Made by a program: the position numbers and the translations under genes. This document shows, in pieces, positions 38,994 through 52,625 of a DNA stretch of 64,000 bases. Every line of letters begins with the position of its first letter. The stretch's first letter is position 1. The DNA comes from Basidiobolus meristosporus CBS 931.73. Lineage: Eukaryota > Fungi > Basidiobolomycota. The notes under the pieces were generated by a model that was given only the letters and a program-made list of their open reading frames with translations, was not told where the DNA came from and ran no database searches. The stretch is from positions 1-64,000 of the forward strand of contig MCFE01000488.1 in assembly GCA_002104905.1 (NCBI GenBank), given 5' to 3'.

Positions 38994-41538
38994 TCAGGGA
39001 GACCCTTGCAACGTTTCAATTCTCGCCAAAAGAGCGGAGGCATTGGAGCTCATCTCGGTCGGATAATTTCCGCCCACATTCTGAATGACATTGTTCAAGG
39101 CCTCAAAAAACGGAAGGATTTCCACCTCACTAGCGGTGGGGGTATCTTCCTCAGGAGATTCCTCTTTAGTGGTGGTGTCCTGAGCGACGAACTCCAGTAC
39201 GACTTTCCCTATGGTTAACGAGGAGTTAGCACCGCCGTATCGTGTGAATACCGTTTCGCATTGTACCATCTTGTTCCGCATTCAGAGTCAACAGCGTTAA
39301 CGCAACAATTCCTTCATTCTGCAGAAGTGGGAACTTGGGCTTTTTGATCATATTGCCGATCAACGTGACAACCCGCAAGGTTGTTAGGTGGTTACGCAAG
39401 GTGGCTATGCAGATTTGAAGGTCAGTAAACCAGACATGCCGACATTCTCTTCCCAAGGATATTACCCAAATCCGACTCCCGGCTTGAATGATCGGTCCCC
39501 CAACCTAACCGAATGAGGTTGATCAGTATGCGTGTTCCCTCACTACAGATCCCCGGGTTATCCGTTTTCTCGACCACATCGATGATTTGTTCCAGGAGAG
39601 TGGCTTGTCCCGTATACGATTGGATTATATCAAGTCCGTTGTCAACTGCATCGTTCAGTTAGTGTCCAGTGGGTGGCAATGCAATCAGATTGACGTGGAG
39701 CTTACGATTTCCAGCACAGAGGTGCTTGATGGCTACAATGGTGGAGAATTGGATAGGCTTTGAGTCAGATTCCACAAAGGAACTGATCACTCGAATCGCA
39801 CCCAGTGATCCAATGGTTGCCTTGTTTGAACCTATAGTTGATTTTTGCATCGGATGAATACATATGGCTCGTCGTGCTCTCGGCCAGTACCAACACTTAC
39901 TTGGAAGGCAAAGGTTCTTGATAATTCCAATCAGGGCGTGCTGGACCTTGACATCAATGTCAGACTTCAGCAGCTCCAGGAGCACGGGAGTAATCTTGTA
40001 CTCTTGTACCAATTGGGTACAGTGGGCGTCTACAATGGAGCAACGCTTAATAGCAGAGCCTAGAGGGTCAATGTCGAGCGTCTACAAACCGGTTCTAGCC
40101 AGGTTGGCAAGGCATAATCCACCGCACATTTGTAGCTGAGGATTACTGCTGCTCAGCCAGTTTATGAACTTCATGATGTAACGCTTCTCAAAGAGTATTT
40201 CGAGGTTCACGTCTATTAAAGTGCTAGTTAGATAGGATATGAGCTGGCGGTGAACTGGATGGATACTCACCGCTCATGCCTACTTCGATCACTATGTTTG
40301 TTACGGCTGACTGAATCTCCTTGAGGGTGTCTTGGTCATCAGCGCTAACATCCATGGGCTCAATCTCCAGCAAAGATAACAATGGTTCGAACAACGATTC
40401 CTGAACTACGGTGTTTTGCAGAGGTTCTACATGAAAGGAAATGGTGAGTTGACATGAAATGTGTGCTATTCAATATTCGATTCTCTACCATTGTCCACTA
40501 TTACTGCAGCCAATATCTCGACCGTCGGCTCCATTACTTCGAAGAATCTGTCATCCGTGCGCACGGAAAGATACTTGAGAAGGCGAAGCAATGCTAATCC
40601 GCCCTGGTTCTCCTCGAATGCTTTCACGCCCTCGTCTATGGAAAAGTTAACTATGTGTCCCTCTCAAGCTCCTCAATCACAAAGTTGAGCTAACCTTCCT
40701 CAAGTAGATTAGATAGTACTTTCACTCCTATCATTACAGTCATCGAGTTACCCATCTCCAACAATCCGGGATGGAACAAGGAGAGGATATCCTTCAGGCC
40801 ATTCTGCGCGATGATTTCCTTTATAACAGGAGCTACAGGACAAGAAATAAACAAAAATACACTGAAGAATGTGGCAGGTCATTGCTAACCATAGCGCATG
40901 CTGATGTTAAGTAAAGCCCCGACGCATGTCATAGCAATCGGCTGATTCTTGTCATTAGCATTGAAACAGTCCAGGATCGCGGTAATTCCCTTGCTTTCTA
41001 GGGTTCGCTGACGATTATCATCTGCAAACATAGCAATGTTAGCCCATGAAGGTTTCCACCCGATTATTGTTGGCTAGATGATGAGTGTAGAGTGGGCTTA
41101 CCGTGATCAATACATATGTTTGCCAATGCTCGTAAGCACTGTATCCGAACTTCGTTGTTCTCCTTGGCGCTATTTAGCCAGTGGATAGAGATCTCGATAG
41201 CTCCTGCCTCGCTTAGTAGTGATCTACAGGGTACTGTTGTCGAAAGAGTATATATATTAGATGAGCATTCAAGGAAAGGAATTGAGGGCCTACCTTGCTT
41301 GGCCCAATCTGCAAAAAGCTCTTCAGTCGCCTTGACATATTTCCAATGAATCTTTGAGGGATCCTTTTCTTTCCATTCTTGCAAATCTTTAACGAGCAGC
41401 GAAGCCAATTCCTTACAGGAATCGGAGCTCTGAGGATCTGTGTCCGAATATGGTGGCGTGAGACGAAGAAAAAGCCTCAGTGATGCTAAGCAACGTACCT
41501 GCTTGTTTCAAAAGTTCCTTCAAATTGCATGTAATCAT
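38994..41538 (-). CDS. Armadillo-repeat protein, SmgGDS/RAP1GDS1-like guanine nucleotide exchange factor
   Basis: Spliced model from the ATG at 41538 (MITCNLKELLKQA|DPQ). ARM segments are IQCLRALANICIDH|DDNRQRTL, CVGALLNISM, CGGLCLANLART|DAHC, and VQHALIGIIKNLCLP...NKATIGSLGAI, which resemble RAP1GDS1. Confidence 0.8.
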
Positions 41539-43680
41539 TGTCAAGCAACTCCAGGTGGAGTGAAATAATAACGCAAGCTATTGATGTTATGAATGACAAT
41601 TATACAGCTCCAAATTCAACGTAGACCTGATATTAATGAGATCTGGCCATTAATTTGGTCAGCTCGGCTTAGCATTGATTTGATGATAACTTGGATTTGC
41701 CTCTGCCCAGGATATCGGATGGACCAAGTGTAACAGGCTAATCTGGTTTCGATAGCAATACACAAAGATTACAATGGGTCGTGAAAGCTTATCAAGAGGC
41801 ATTTTGGGGGCTTAGTCATCTTCCAAGCATAATGACGCGCGGATTCATGAAGATTCAGTTTCCAGTATTACCTCCACTTTCATTCTCCCATTTATCACGA
41901 TCCTAATTCAGACCATAGAAATCGGATTGGAAATACCTCGGCTGGCAAGCTATGTTGATTTGCCTTACTAGCATTAATGAACTCCTCTCTCTTTCTAGGA
42001 CAAGCGGTAAATGGTTAGACTCCATGGGCTCCATCAATATCAACATAGAGCCAGTTGGACAAACCCGATAGTACATGCAAATCTTGGTTTCAAACTAATT
42101 AATATAAGATTGGCGGCAGTGTGGTACTTAGAGTCTCAATACGTACCCAAGTTTCAGGAATAGGCTCAAGAAATGGTTGGAGGTGATAAAATTAAAAGCA
42201 TGTGCCTCGCCAAGTACGCCCTAGTAACTAATGTTAGTCTCAGGAATAGGATAGATATGCAAGCTATGCTTCTTGGTGCATTCCCTAGAACATCCTAATC
42301 TGGCGTCTTTGGCCGGTTCAGTGTAGTGTGATGATATTGTACCTTAGATTCCGTAGGTTAAATGCAAGTCAGATTTGGGAATTAACCTGGTAATGCAGTT
42401 GATTCTGGCCTGCATACAGGGGGTCAGTATGACCGTTCACTAGTTCAGTGATCCCTGCAGTAATAATCGATTCAACAAATATGAAAATTCATAAGTTGAC
42501 GTGATGTCAACGATCTATTTCAACGATTGAATCGACCATATTTAGAACAACGTGTCCTAATACCTGGAATCAACCTAGTGACCACCTTCCGGGATTAGAC
42601 GATGGTGACTGATAGGCAGCCACATCCCAAGGTTTGTTGCATACCATTCAACATGGACTCAGGACATACATATAAGGCTGATGGAGATACGCCTGGTTTC
42701 TTTTCTCGATGAAGGACTCTATCATGTATTATGCCATCAGTAGTGCTTTATTGTTAGGAGTTGCTCTGGATGACTGATGCCCGGTTTAATTGGGATACAC
42801 CTCAACCGTGTTCCCTCCACATCTGTGACTCTTATTGGATTGTGGAAATTCAGGGGAGGAATCTAAAGGTCCAATTCTACGCTTTACTTTGGATGCTTCC
42901 ATTTTGCTTGCTGGCTTTCATGCATGGAAAATGCAATGCTGCTTGGATAGCTCTTCGACCTTTGCACTCTCTCGAAATTCACATACTGTGCATTTGTTTG
43001 TAGGCTTTCAATCGATGATTGTGAGTACTCACGCTCCGATTTTGATCAATCTACGGTAAGAACCAACACCGATCTTACTTTCTTTCCGCCTGTAGCCCCG
43101 AAGCCTTTGGTTGCTCGACCGTCGTTTGGTTGGCGTATTCACAGGCGGTAAGCGTTGAGCCATGGAGGTCAAGCCCTCTCCCCGGAAATGTTGACTAGCT
43201 TTCTTTGCTAGCCAGCCACAATCGATGATCATAACCTAGTGACAAATGTAGGTGTTTTTAGCTTATATAAGATGATGCAGGGAGGGCAGGTAAGTAAAAG
43301 CCCATACGCACCGTAACTAATGGGATGTATATCAGATTATCCCTCTTAAAATACCATAACACGAATCTTACCAAACTTGTGATAGTATATTGGGCTGCCA
43401 TCCTCGTGTATATATCTATTGAACATCATAAAGTAGAAAATAGATGGCCAAAGTTGGGAAGTTGGCTCACCTCCTTGTGAACAGGCCCAAATAGTATAAA
43501 TGGCTCAGTTGATATTATGGATTGTCAGGCTGTGTTCTGATCATTCCGGATCACTGAGCATCTATCTCCCACCAGATGTGGAGTATGATTACATTAGCTT
43601 TCAATTCCCCGCACTCGTTTTCCATGATAATATGCTTCTAATCATCATAAGCATCACTGGTAAAACTGTACATTTTTACA

Positions 43681-43688
43681 TATATAAA
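43681..43688 (+). promoter_or_regulatory. Putative TATA box
   Basis: TATATAAA about 140 nt upstream of the C2H2 ORF. Confidence 0.35.
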
Positions 43689-43829
43689 GACTGAAGGAGC
43701 CTCAAACGTTGAACATCATTCCACCGCAGTAGTTAACTCCCCACTCTGGGTTGATTCTCACCGACGCGACTCTCATTTGCCAAACACGCCCAACACTTCA
43801 CCTTTTGAAAAGCTCTTTTCCTACATAGA

Positions 43830-44423
43830 ATGTTTCTCACTCCGATTGGTGCCATAGTTGCTGGGCAACATTTAGTAGAAGATGAACAGGCCTACAAACT
43901 TCCCCCACTTCGTCCATATAGATGTATCCTATGCCATAAAGCGTTTCTGCGCCATGATCACCTGAAAAGACACACACTGACACATGATGAGGGACTACCG
44001 AAGAATGATTCTACGAAAGATCCACGGGGAGCAAAGCACCGACGTACTCGTTCGGCAAGTTCCTTCAAAGGGCCAAGAACAAACCAGAACCCATCATCCC
44101 TTCTGGAAGGCGCTGTTAGCCGTTCTCACAACCTGCATCTACAATCTGCCCCGTATATAAAACCCTTGGAGCCACAATTCCCCTCTCATAGATACAGTCT
44201 CAAGCAATATCTTTCCCAAAACAACGCAACCAGTGTTGGGCCGACAACGCGTCGTAATTTCAACGTCACTTATTCAGCCTTTTCAGCGCCTTCATCCCCT
44301 CCACTAGGAGGTGCCTCGCGCACCCCGCCTCCACAGAGCAACCTGAAGTCCATCTTCGACTCCATTGATCCGCAGTACCGCACCCTTCCCCTTCCCCTAC
44401 CATTCACTCCCTTATCACTATAG
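43830..44423 (+). CDS. C2H2 zinc-finger protein with a single finger, 197 aa
   Basis: RPYRCILCHKAFLRHDHLKRHTLTH, followed by an S/P-rich tail. Confidence 0.8.
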   Translation: MFLTPIGAIVAGQHLVEDEQAYKLPPLRPYRCILCHKAFLRHDHLKRHTLTHDEGLPKNDSTKDPRGAKHRRTRSASSFKGPRTNQNPSSLLEGAVSRSHNLHLQSAPYIKPLEPQFPSHRYSLKQYLSQNNATSVGPTTRRNFNVTYSAFSAPSSPPLGGASRTPPPQSNLKSIFDSIDPQYRTLPLPLPFTPLSL

Positions 44424-45053
44424 TCAGTATTGTACATATTAGTCCAGCTATCCAACGTAGTCTCGAGTGAACACATACACATAAATATATCGCTCTGTTC
44501 GCAAGTTATATCTGAGCAGTATGAGCTGGTCTTCAATAGGCTTCTGGTCGAAACAGCCACATTTAAAGAGAAGACTATGTGCCAGCTTTGTGGGTTATAG
44601 ATGGATTCCGGCCTGATGTCCATTTAGGTACTGATTGCTGAGGGCCAGTCAGATCAGGTCCAAAATTCCCTTCAGTCTGGAGATCCTCTGCATCTATATT
44701 GCATATGGTTGTCGATTACCTTGTCCAAACCCACATGCAATACTCTTATGATCCCTAATTTCCATGAGAATGGTATCTCTGAAATGACTCGGGGGACATC
44801 AAGCACCTGAAAATCTTATGTATTGTTGCGTCTAGCAGAAATCATTCAACCCATGCCTCGGAAAAACAATTAACTGAACTGAAGAGCGACTCGCTTAATT
44901 AAGGCCAGGTTCATGCAGAGCCCCGTCATAGCATTCCTGTTGAACTTTTCTTTATTGAGAGCATTCCGTACCAGCTTAGGTGCCGTACTTGTTGCTTCAC
45001 TATATTCACAGATAGGTATATTACCAAGGCATCGAGATGCTGGCGTGCCGTCC

Positions 45054-48000
45054 TCAAGTTGAGAACATGTTCAGGTTGTTCATAAGTCTTCCCATGAAGC
45101 TTTGCACTAAGCTTGGAATCGACGTCACCTTTGGATACTGCACCTTTGGCTCGGTGATTCTCTTGTTGGATTTTTCCAAATTGAGGTACCCGGGTGCATC
45201 GCTGGTGGAACCGCTTTCCTCTTCGTCCACGTCAGAGTCGGTTTCGGTGCTCTGCATCTCTAGCATATCGTCTATCGACACTTGAATTCCGGTTGAAGCA
45301 AGCAAATCTTGGAACTGGTGTGGGCTCTGAACATATCCGGAGTATTCGGATGTGTGCGGTGAGCTTGCAGACACTCGAAGCTTACCAAGAATAGAATCGG
45401 GCAAAGTCTCCAACCCTGCCTCCTTCATATATTTGCTCAAGATATCGGAGGGGATCGTTAGCTGATTGGTGTCCGGTCTTTCGATTTCCAACGTGCTAGC
45501 CCCCATGTTGGCCATCATACGTTTGCGAAGACGCTTGTACCGGCGGAGTTTGGTTTCGAACGTGTATATTTTTAGCGCCTGCAAGTCGTCGGAGAATTGA
45601 GCTTTTTTATCTTCACTAATACACTCACTAATAACATCACCAAGATCCACGGGCTCCTTGTTAAGGCCGATGCGCAGAGCAGTGAAGAGGCGCTCAAACC
45701 AAGCGATGAGTTGCTGGAATAGGCCATCGGTCCGCTGGCGATACAATGAGTGCACAAATCGATAAAAGGTTCCTTCGTATGCTTGAACCAACTCGGTGAA
45801 CTGTCGTAACGTTTGCGTTGGGTTCGAATCTAAAGGAAGGCTTAGTTACTGGGGAGCTCCATGTTACCTAGGCTGCTCAGACACTTACCTGCTTTCTGCT
45901 CATTGCTCTCCACCACCTTTATCAATTGATCGACGAAGCTGCTAATTTCCATTACAAAGTCGCTAATGTTGGCATCCTTGTAAACCTGAGCGAGGGGCTG
46001 GTAAAACATTGTCAAAATTTCCTTAAGAATGTCCCCGGTAACTCCCTCAAACAAGAGCTCAATGGTTAGCTCAGTGTTGCGAACTTGTGTGTAGAGAATC
46101 AACAAGCGGTACAGGCGACGAAGCTGCAAATCGGAAGAGTTGAAGTTGGCTTCAATTCTCTCGGACTCAGCACCCTCGGCGGAGGTAAGACTTTCTATGT
46201 TCCAATCTGTATCTAAGAGTTCCTGGGCAGTACCAGTCTTTTCTAGGTTTTCCTTGGCACTTTCTAGTAAGGCAACGGTATGATCATCAATACGCGGCTC
46301 TATGGTGGTATCTCTAATTACAGCAACCAGGCGCTCAAGATCAGAAGTGTCTAGACAGGTAAGGGATATTAGCATTTAAGCATGTGTGAGGCAGGGTGGC
46401 TAGAACATACCATTGTTGTTGTCGTAAGGGCGCTCTTCGGTGGAATTAACATAGTTGAAGAGTTTGTCGCAAAGAGTGTCATCGTTAATGGCAGCTCTTA
46501 ATACCTCAATGTCATCCTTTTTTTGCTTCACCGAGTCACTGAGATTAGCGCTTGCCACTCTGTTGTCAATAATGCATTAACATTGGTTTGCATCAGATGA
46601 GAGAGCAGTTTGCATTACCTTTGTACAATACTGGCGTGCCCGAATGGCTGTGTCAAGAATAGGTCAAGAATGCCTTTCATCATGGCGGTAGGGTTTGAGA
46701 TCTTCAAGATTCCTTTCAACGTACGGTAAGGAATCAACCCGTGCGTTTGTTGAAGTTGATGGAAATTGATGGATGCACTTTCGTCAGCGCAAAACACACG
46801 GTAGAGTGTTGCAGCAAGGCTTAAATCAGGGTGTCAGTATTAGAAGATTTGCTGCAAGTTGATAACTTCTAGTTCTATTCCTTACTTGATCCTGGCCAGC
46901 TCAATCATCTTCTGGTAATTGACGGGGAGCTGAGAAATATCCGGAACATCATGTAGGATCTGGGAGATTTGAGTGAAACCCCCTAATAACCAGGTCGGGT
47001 CAGATTGATTCTGTAGTTAGCGAGAGCAGCAGGTACATACCAGGCTCTAAGAGCTCTCTAGTGAATTGCTCTATCGACTCACGAAGCTCGATTGACTTGT
47101 CCTCGGCCACTTTCAAAATCTTCTGGTACTCCTCTGCACGTTGGGCAGTGAACCGTTCACGCTGCTCCTTATCAGCCACGTCAATAGATAAGAGCTGGAT
47201 TGGGGTGTCATTTAGGAAGCTTTTGGTCAAGCGGCTACGAGCAACCAATGGACTTGAGATCAGTACACGTAGATGCTTCTGAAGAGCAATACGATCTTTT
47301 TCGTAATAAAGCTGGCCCTCATGGGGATCCTTAAATTTGGGAGGTGGCGTTGGTATATCCAGAGTAGGAAATAGCCGATGAATCTAAATACGTAGTGTGA
47401 ATGTAGTGCAATATTGGATCACCCCATTCTATACTAACTTTGGTGATGAATTTTTGAATCTGTACGTCAGTTCGCCCAACAAAACGATCTACGCCCGGTT
47501 CCGCTTGTGTCTGAAGGATGAATAGCTAGGAGTTTACGTCGAGTTAGTATTGTGGTTGGCAAGGAGATGGAGTGGCGAAATGATCATCATACGGGCTTCT
47601 CTTTCTCTCTTATCAACCCTTTCTCGGACACACGTCTCACTGCAACAATGGAGACCGGGTGGTTTGCTTGCTCGTTCTTCCCCTCGAGATTTGCCTCTAC
47701 GTGCGATGTCTCGGCTTCGGGAAGCTTCGGGTCTCGATCATTGAGCTTGTTTTCCTTCACTGTTGCGATTCCGGTGTTGAAGAGCAACACAAGACCATGC
47801 TCGACTTTGTTTGCAAGGCGCTCACGCTTACTTGCCTCATTCTTACCGACAGCATAAGTGCCAAATCTCAGCTTGCCGTATGCATCAAGGAACTGCTGGA
47901 TCTTATGCCACAATCCAGGGTCGGCATATCTAAGGAATGGAAACTCCAATACAAAATTGTTGAAGGCATAACGGAGAAGAGGAGTTTCTGAGGACACTGG

Positions 48001-48325
48001 TATCGACTCCGCTATCGACAGTTGTGAAGTGGTTTCCTCAATAGTGGAGTCCTTGTTAGAGGAACGGAAATAAGAGGTGATATTCGAGAGGCGGGACTGG
48101 CGGGCCTTTGGAGCTTGTAGAATCGTTGCATCATGGAACAAGTCCTGTAAAGATAGCGAATCTCGAAGGAGTCGAAATTCAGTGGAGATCTCCCTAGCGA
48201 GTAAATCTCGCTTTAAGATTTCATCCTCGGTCTTGGTTATCTGGATTGCAGCTAAAGAACAAACCGAGTCAGCCAAAAGTGGACTACTACTGTTAAGAGA
48301 CGAGACAATAATTACCAGAGGTCAT
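45054..48325 (-). CDS. Fungal PX-domain protein (YPR097W/Lec1-like, PX-associated domains), multi-exon
   Basis: MTS|AAIQIT...KRDLL, FNNFVLEFPFL...LWHKIQQFL, a PX region LFPTLDIPTPPPK...EKDRIALQKHLRVL, IPYRTLKGILKISNP, FYQPLAQVYKDANI and FYRFVHSLY. All introns traced are GT-AG. Confidence 0.85.
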
Positions 48326-49507
48326 CTTGGAAGAGTTACGTGGTTACCGGCAGCGTACCAGAGTTTATAGAAAATCAAAAACGTGCGATATCTAGATAAG
48401 ACTGTTAAAGCCCATGGCCAAACAAATTCATCCAAATTCGTATGTAATACGACGGATATACTTGCATATGTATAGATGATGGAATGACATATATTTGTCC
48501 ATAATCACTGGTTATTATGACCAAACTGTAAGTAAGCATTAGGTGCGGACTATCCGATCAACGGTTGTACGTGGAATTGATTCAGAGCTGACAATGATAT
48601 GTATCTATGCCATTGTAAACAGCAACATCAAGCTTGGATTTCGGATGACGTCATGTACGATATGAGTTAAGAGGAATGATCTATTTATAGATGATACATC
48701 ATTGCTGTTCCACCAAGCCACCAGCATTTCTGGGTTAGACAATAGTTCAGCAGGTGACGTTTACTGGACACTGTCCTCTTCAGGCCCTGATCCCAGATAC
48801 AATTATTTCCCAGTTCAGACAAGAATAGAATTAGAGCCATATGTTCCCGACAGTCGCGCAAATATTTCGCATCGGCGCTCACACAGCTAGCTGAGTTCCA
48901 AAGTGCCACTCCCATTACTGAACGTACCTACCGAATGAACAATAAACAGGGAATACAGCTAATACCGAAAGCACAGCAAGAGACGATTGTTCCGACCCGT
49001 CACCGATCAGACTGCCAACTGAGCTCTTACAACAAGTAATTCACTGCACATCGAGTATGAAATATCATGTGATTTCACCGAAGGAGTACAATGTCTGAAT
49101 ACAAGGTGTGCTCGGCTCTTGCTCATCAAAAAACTGCAGCTGCCAAGAGATTTTGGACCGATGTAACAATGCATGTCCAGACGGCCAGGCGTCCACCCCA
49201 CTCATGAAATACTAGATGTTATTTCAGCCTTTACAAACTACATTGGAATCAGTCCAGCTCATTGTTTTGTTACATGTTCATTTGATTCAAATCTCTATGA
49301 TCCTGACCAATCTGGATTGAACCATTGTGCCATCATGAGTTGCATTGTATTTAGCTAATTTGGCACTGTTAATTCGATGGATCTGAGGTTAATCTGAAAT
49401 CTGTCGTAAGCTCTACGTTTTATGGCCTATAGTTATAGTGGTCTTGTGATAAAAGCCCCATTTCTAAGTTAGTGCCCTTGACAAAACATTCCACATACAT
49501 CCCAAAT

Positions 49508-50155
49508 ATGCGACTGTCCTCTGTTTGCGCCGCATTAATAGCCATAGCTATTACCTGCAGTGAGGGAAGTGATATAGTCCCGCATCCTTCCAAAAGTACC
49601 TTTACTCTGGCTCGAGAGGCCCTGGATGGCCGACGTAGCCGCTTTATGCCTCATCTTGGCACTGCCCCTTTCACAAATTGGCTCGGGATGACTTTAGATT
49701 TTTCGCTTGTTGAACCTTTACTTCAGGAGGTTAATGCAACAATTGATAAGCCTCTACAGAGCCGCAACGAGGCACACATTACGGTCATCACTCCTCCAGA
49801 ATATGACAATATCTTGTCGAAGGTAGGCATTACCATGGAGGACATCAATGAAATAGCTTTAGAAAATGGCATTCAGGAATCGAAAGTGCAGACGCTCTGT
49901 CTTGGCCGCACAGCGGCGAAGCTGGAGGGTCTGGATCAAGAAGCCTACCAAATAATTGTGAAGAGTAGAAACCTCTTGAAAATTAGACAAGACGTCTTCG
50001 AGCTGTTTGTCTGCAATGGGGGAGAGCCTAGCCACTTCGCGCCCAGCAATTATTACCCCCATATAACGGTCGGTTATCTACATCGAGACCTATTTGAGCA
50101 GGACGGTGTTTTCAAGGGGACAAATGCCTGCTGGGCTAACCTCAGGCTTGTTTGA
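49508..50155 (+). CDS. Secreted 2H-phosphoesterase family protein, intronless, about 215 aa
   Basis: Signal peptide MRLSSVCAALIAIAITCSEG and two HxT catalytic motifs, EAHITVITPPE and YYPHITVGY. Confidence 0.85.
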   Translation: MRLSSVCAALIAIAITCSEGSDIVPHPSKSTFTLAREALDGRRSRFMPHLGTAPFTNWLGMTLDFSLVEPLLQEVNATIDKPLQSRNEAHITVITPPEYDNILSKVGITMEDINEIALENGIQESKVQTLCLGRTAAKLEGLDQEAYQIIVKSRNLLKIRQDVFELFVCNGGEPSHFAPSNYYPHITVGYLHRDLFEQDGVFKGTNACWANLRLV

Positions 50156-51317
50156 TTTCTGGTTTAATTTGTATGCACACCCATTAAGCAACGAAACTCA
50201 TAAGGGCCATATCCTGTTGTTTGATTTGTTGTTTGGCATTTAGGCCCTATATTTATATTGAGTAAATTTCATATATGATCTGCCCATAAGCACCAAGAGG
50301 TTGCAGGTGATTGCGGCATATGGATGATACCATGTTGATTTCAAATGCGAGAATTATGGGCTTGATGACTGCGGGCGGAATGATTTGCTGGGCGGGGCAC
50401 TCTTGGATAGCCTGTGGCATCGGTAAGCCAGGTAAAACCAGTACATCAAGCCTTGGACCATGTGAAGAGTAACCATCATGGCAGGTTTCCATGGAGCTAG
50501 CTAGTAAGCAGCGTCGGAATGATTCCAGGAGAGTTTCATCGGATTGTATCAATCTCTTGGGGAGACGTTTTTCTCCTCATTGAAGTGGCCGAAATCCTTG
50601 GCATTGTCATTTAGTTTTCAATTAAGAGACATAATCGCGAGATGTATCATCCCCTACTGGTGATATACTATATTGTCTTGCTGGACAATCCACTTGTCAG
50701 AATCCAGGGCCAATGAGATGAAGGTGTCAAGTGCACTTCCAATGGAACGGACAGGAGTTGCGGCGTATCGGTTTAGGCTGAGGGATGTGATTGTTGTAAA
50801 TGAGAAACTAATGGTAAAGGATGGTGGTGTCGCGACAGCCCAATCAATGGTGCATTGATCGAGGAGAGCCCTATGATCGCTTTTGTGCATCTAATTTTTT
50901 CCAATGTAGGATTGCATGAACACGGAGATTCATGAAATTGATCATATACGGGGTTGCTCTATCCAATCACGTTACTCAACCATTCGGAGGAGATCCAGAA
51001 GCGTAGATCCAACCTTTGCTGGAATATAAGCATTCCATATATTTATTTGCTTCGCCGGCTGTCCGTTGTTGTTTACCTTCTAGCGTTCAAGCCAGTCTCG
51101 ACTCTACACAAGTGCCTAGTTCCATCAAATAACTCGATAGACCATTACTTGTGGCTTGTTTATGATAATCCGAAGACAGACCAAAAAACCTTCGTAAACC
51201 TTCACGCCATTTCGTCACGTACGTTGCAGTTGCGGCACTTCGCAGCCTTCCCTCGAATATCAGCACACCGTCCTTTTGGCACCCAAACCGCTTTAGGTAA
51301 AAGCCACGAACAAGGCC

Positions 51318-52625
51318 ATGATTCTCGAGTCACCAACCAACCAGCTTATCATACTGTCCTTGGTGTGCTGCTTTGTGGTTGGGACCTACAATATCTATTA
51401 CAGTTTGGGGGGCTTGGGCGGGGACAACTCCTCCGTTCCGATATGGAATAATGTGGCGCTCTATGCCTCATTTTCCCTGTGTTCTTTGGTCTCTGGAACG
51501 GTGCATAACCTCTTGGGCCCTCGAATCAGCATCATGCTTGGCAGCATACCCTACATTCTGTATGTGTGCTTTCTTTGGATCTATAGAGAAACCCAGGTAG
51601 CCTTTCTCACAGTTATAGGCGCAGTGATTCTCGGGGCAGGTGCATCGCTATTGTGGACAGCGGCCGGCACCGTCATTATGGCCTATCCAATGGAGAACCA
51701 GAAGGGACGGTTTTTTGGGATTTTTTGGATCTTGTTCAATCTGGGCTCTCTCATTAGTGGATTTTTACCCTTCTTTTCACCGGAATTAAAGTACATCACC
51801 ATATGGTTCTTGTGTCTAATGGCTTTTGGTCTATGTCTCTCATACTTTCTGGTTTCTCCCGCAAGGGTGATACGTGAAAATGGGTCTCGGGTGACCAGTA
51901 AAACTGGGTTCAATATCAGCCACGAGCTTCACCAGATCCCGAGAACCTTGCTCAAAAAGAACATCCTATTCCTGGTACCAATCTTCTTCTACACCAACTT
52001 CTACTACAGCTACCGACTGGGCCACTTCACCCACGAGCTATTCACCGACCGCACCGTGACATTCAATACCATCTGCTATTGGGCCTCCCAGATGCTGGGT
52101 GCCTTCACCTTTGGCCAGTACCTGGACAATCCCCTGTGTGTTCGCTCGAAAAAAGCCCAGCTTGGGCTGGTGTTCATTGGGTTCTTCTTTACGATTACCT
52201 GGGTTGGCTGTCTTCTCATGGAGCTGAAATACAGCGCTGTAGTCAGCCTGCGGGTAGATATCCTGGATGACTCCTACAGCGCGTCCTTGGTGTTAATCCT
52301 CTTGAGCGGGTTCTCCGACGCTACCATTCAAAGTTGGTGCTACTGGATGATGGGAACTACCACCAACAACGTGATGATCCTGTCGCGACATGCTGGCTTC
52401 TACAAAGCAATTCAAAGCGCAGGGACTGCGGTCGCTTGGTACGCAAGTTTGCTGGGGATCTCGTCCATCACTTGGGTAGTGGTGGTGTGGGTGTTGCTGT
52501 ATGTCGCTCTGGGATTTGCCTACTTCGCCACCAGGGGCGTGACGAACACGAATTGCCACCTCGGGATGACTAGACATTTCAATGACTCCCCAGAAAACAC
52601 CCTCTATAACTCGCAGCTTACTTGA
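51318..52625 (+). CDS. UNC-93-like MFS membrane protein, 435 aa, intronless
   Basis: About 11-12 hydrophobic segments with GLGAGG-like and LGAGASLLWTAAG..MAYP...KGR, WILFNLG and AGFYKAIQSAG motifs typical of fungal UNC-93-like proteins. Confidence 0.9.
   Translation: MILESPTNQLIILSLVCCFVVGTYNIYYSLGGLGGDNSSVPIWNNVALYASFSLCSLVSGTVHNLLGPRISIMLGSIPYILYVCFLWIYRETQVAFLTVIGAVILGAGASLLWTAAGTVIMAYPMENQKGRFFGIFWILFNLGSLISGFLPFFSPELKYITIWFLCLMAFGLCLSYFLVSPARVIRENGSRVTSKTGFNISHELHQIPRTLLKKNILFLVPIFFYTNFYYSYRLGHFTHELFTDRTVTFNTICYWASQMLGAFTFGQYLDNPLCVRSKKAQLGLVFIGFFFTITWVGCLLMELKYSAVVSLRVDILDDSYSASLVLILLSGFSDATIQSWCYWMMGTTTNNVMILSRHAGFYKAIQSAGTAVAWYASLLGISSITWVVVVWVLLYVALGFAYFATRGVTNTNCHLGMTRHFNDSPENTLYNSQLT

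Noticed and set aside
42496-42514. Short palindrome GTTGAC-N5-GTCAAC in the intergenic region
   Set aside because: The 6-bp arms are within chance expectation and there are no further copies.
48702-48890. Protein-like fragment (DLFIDD...VYWTLSS) upstream of the PX gene
   Set aside because: It is flanked by stops, has no ATG and no family was recognised. A pseudogene cannot be supported.
50253-50890. Two minus-strand ORFs with LDVLVLPG and SSICR, faintly DJ-1/GATase-like
   Set aside because: They are separated by several stops and the motif spacing is unconvincing. A profile search is needed.
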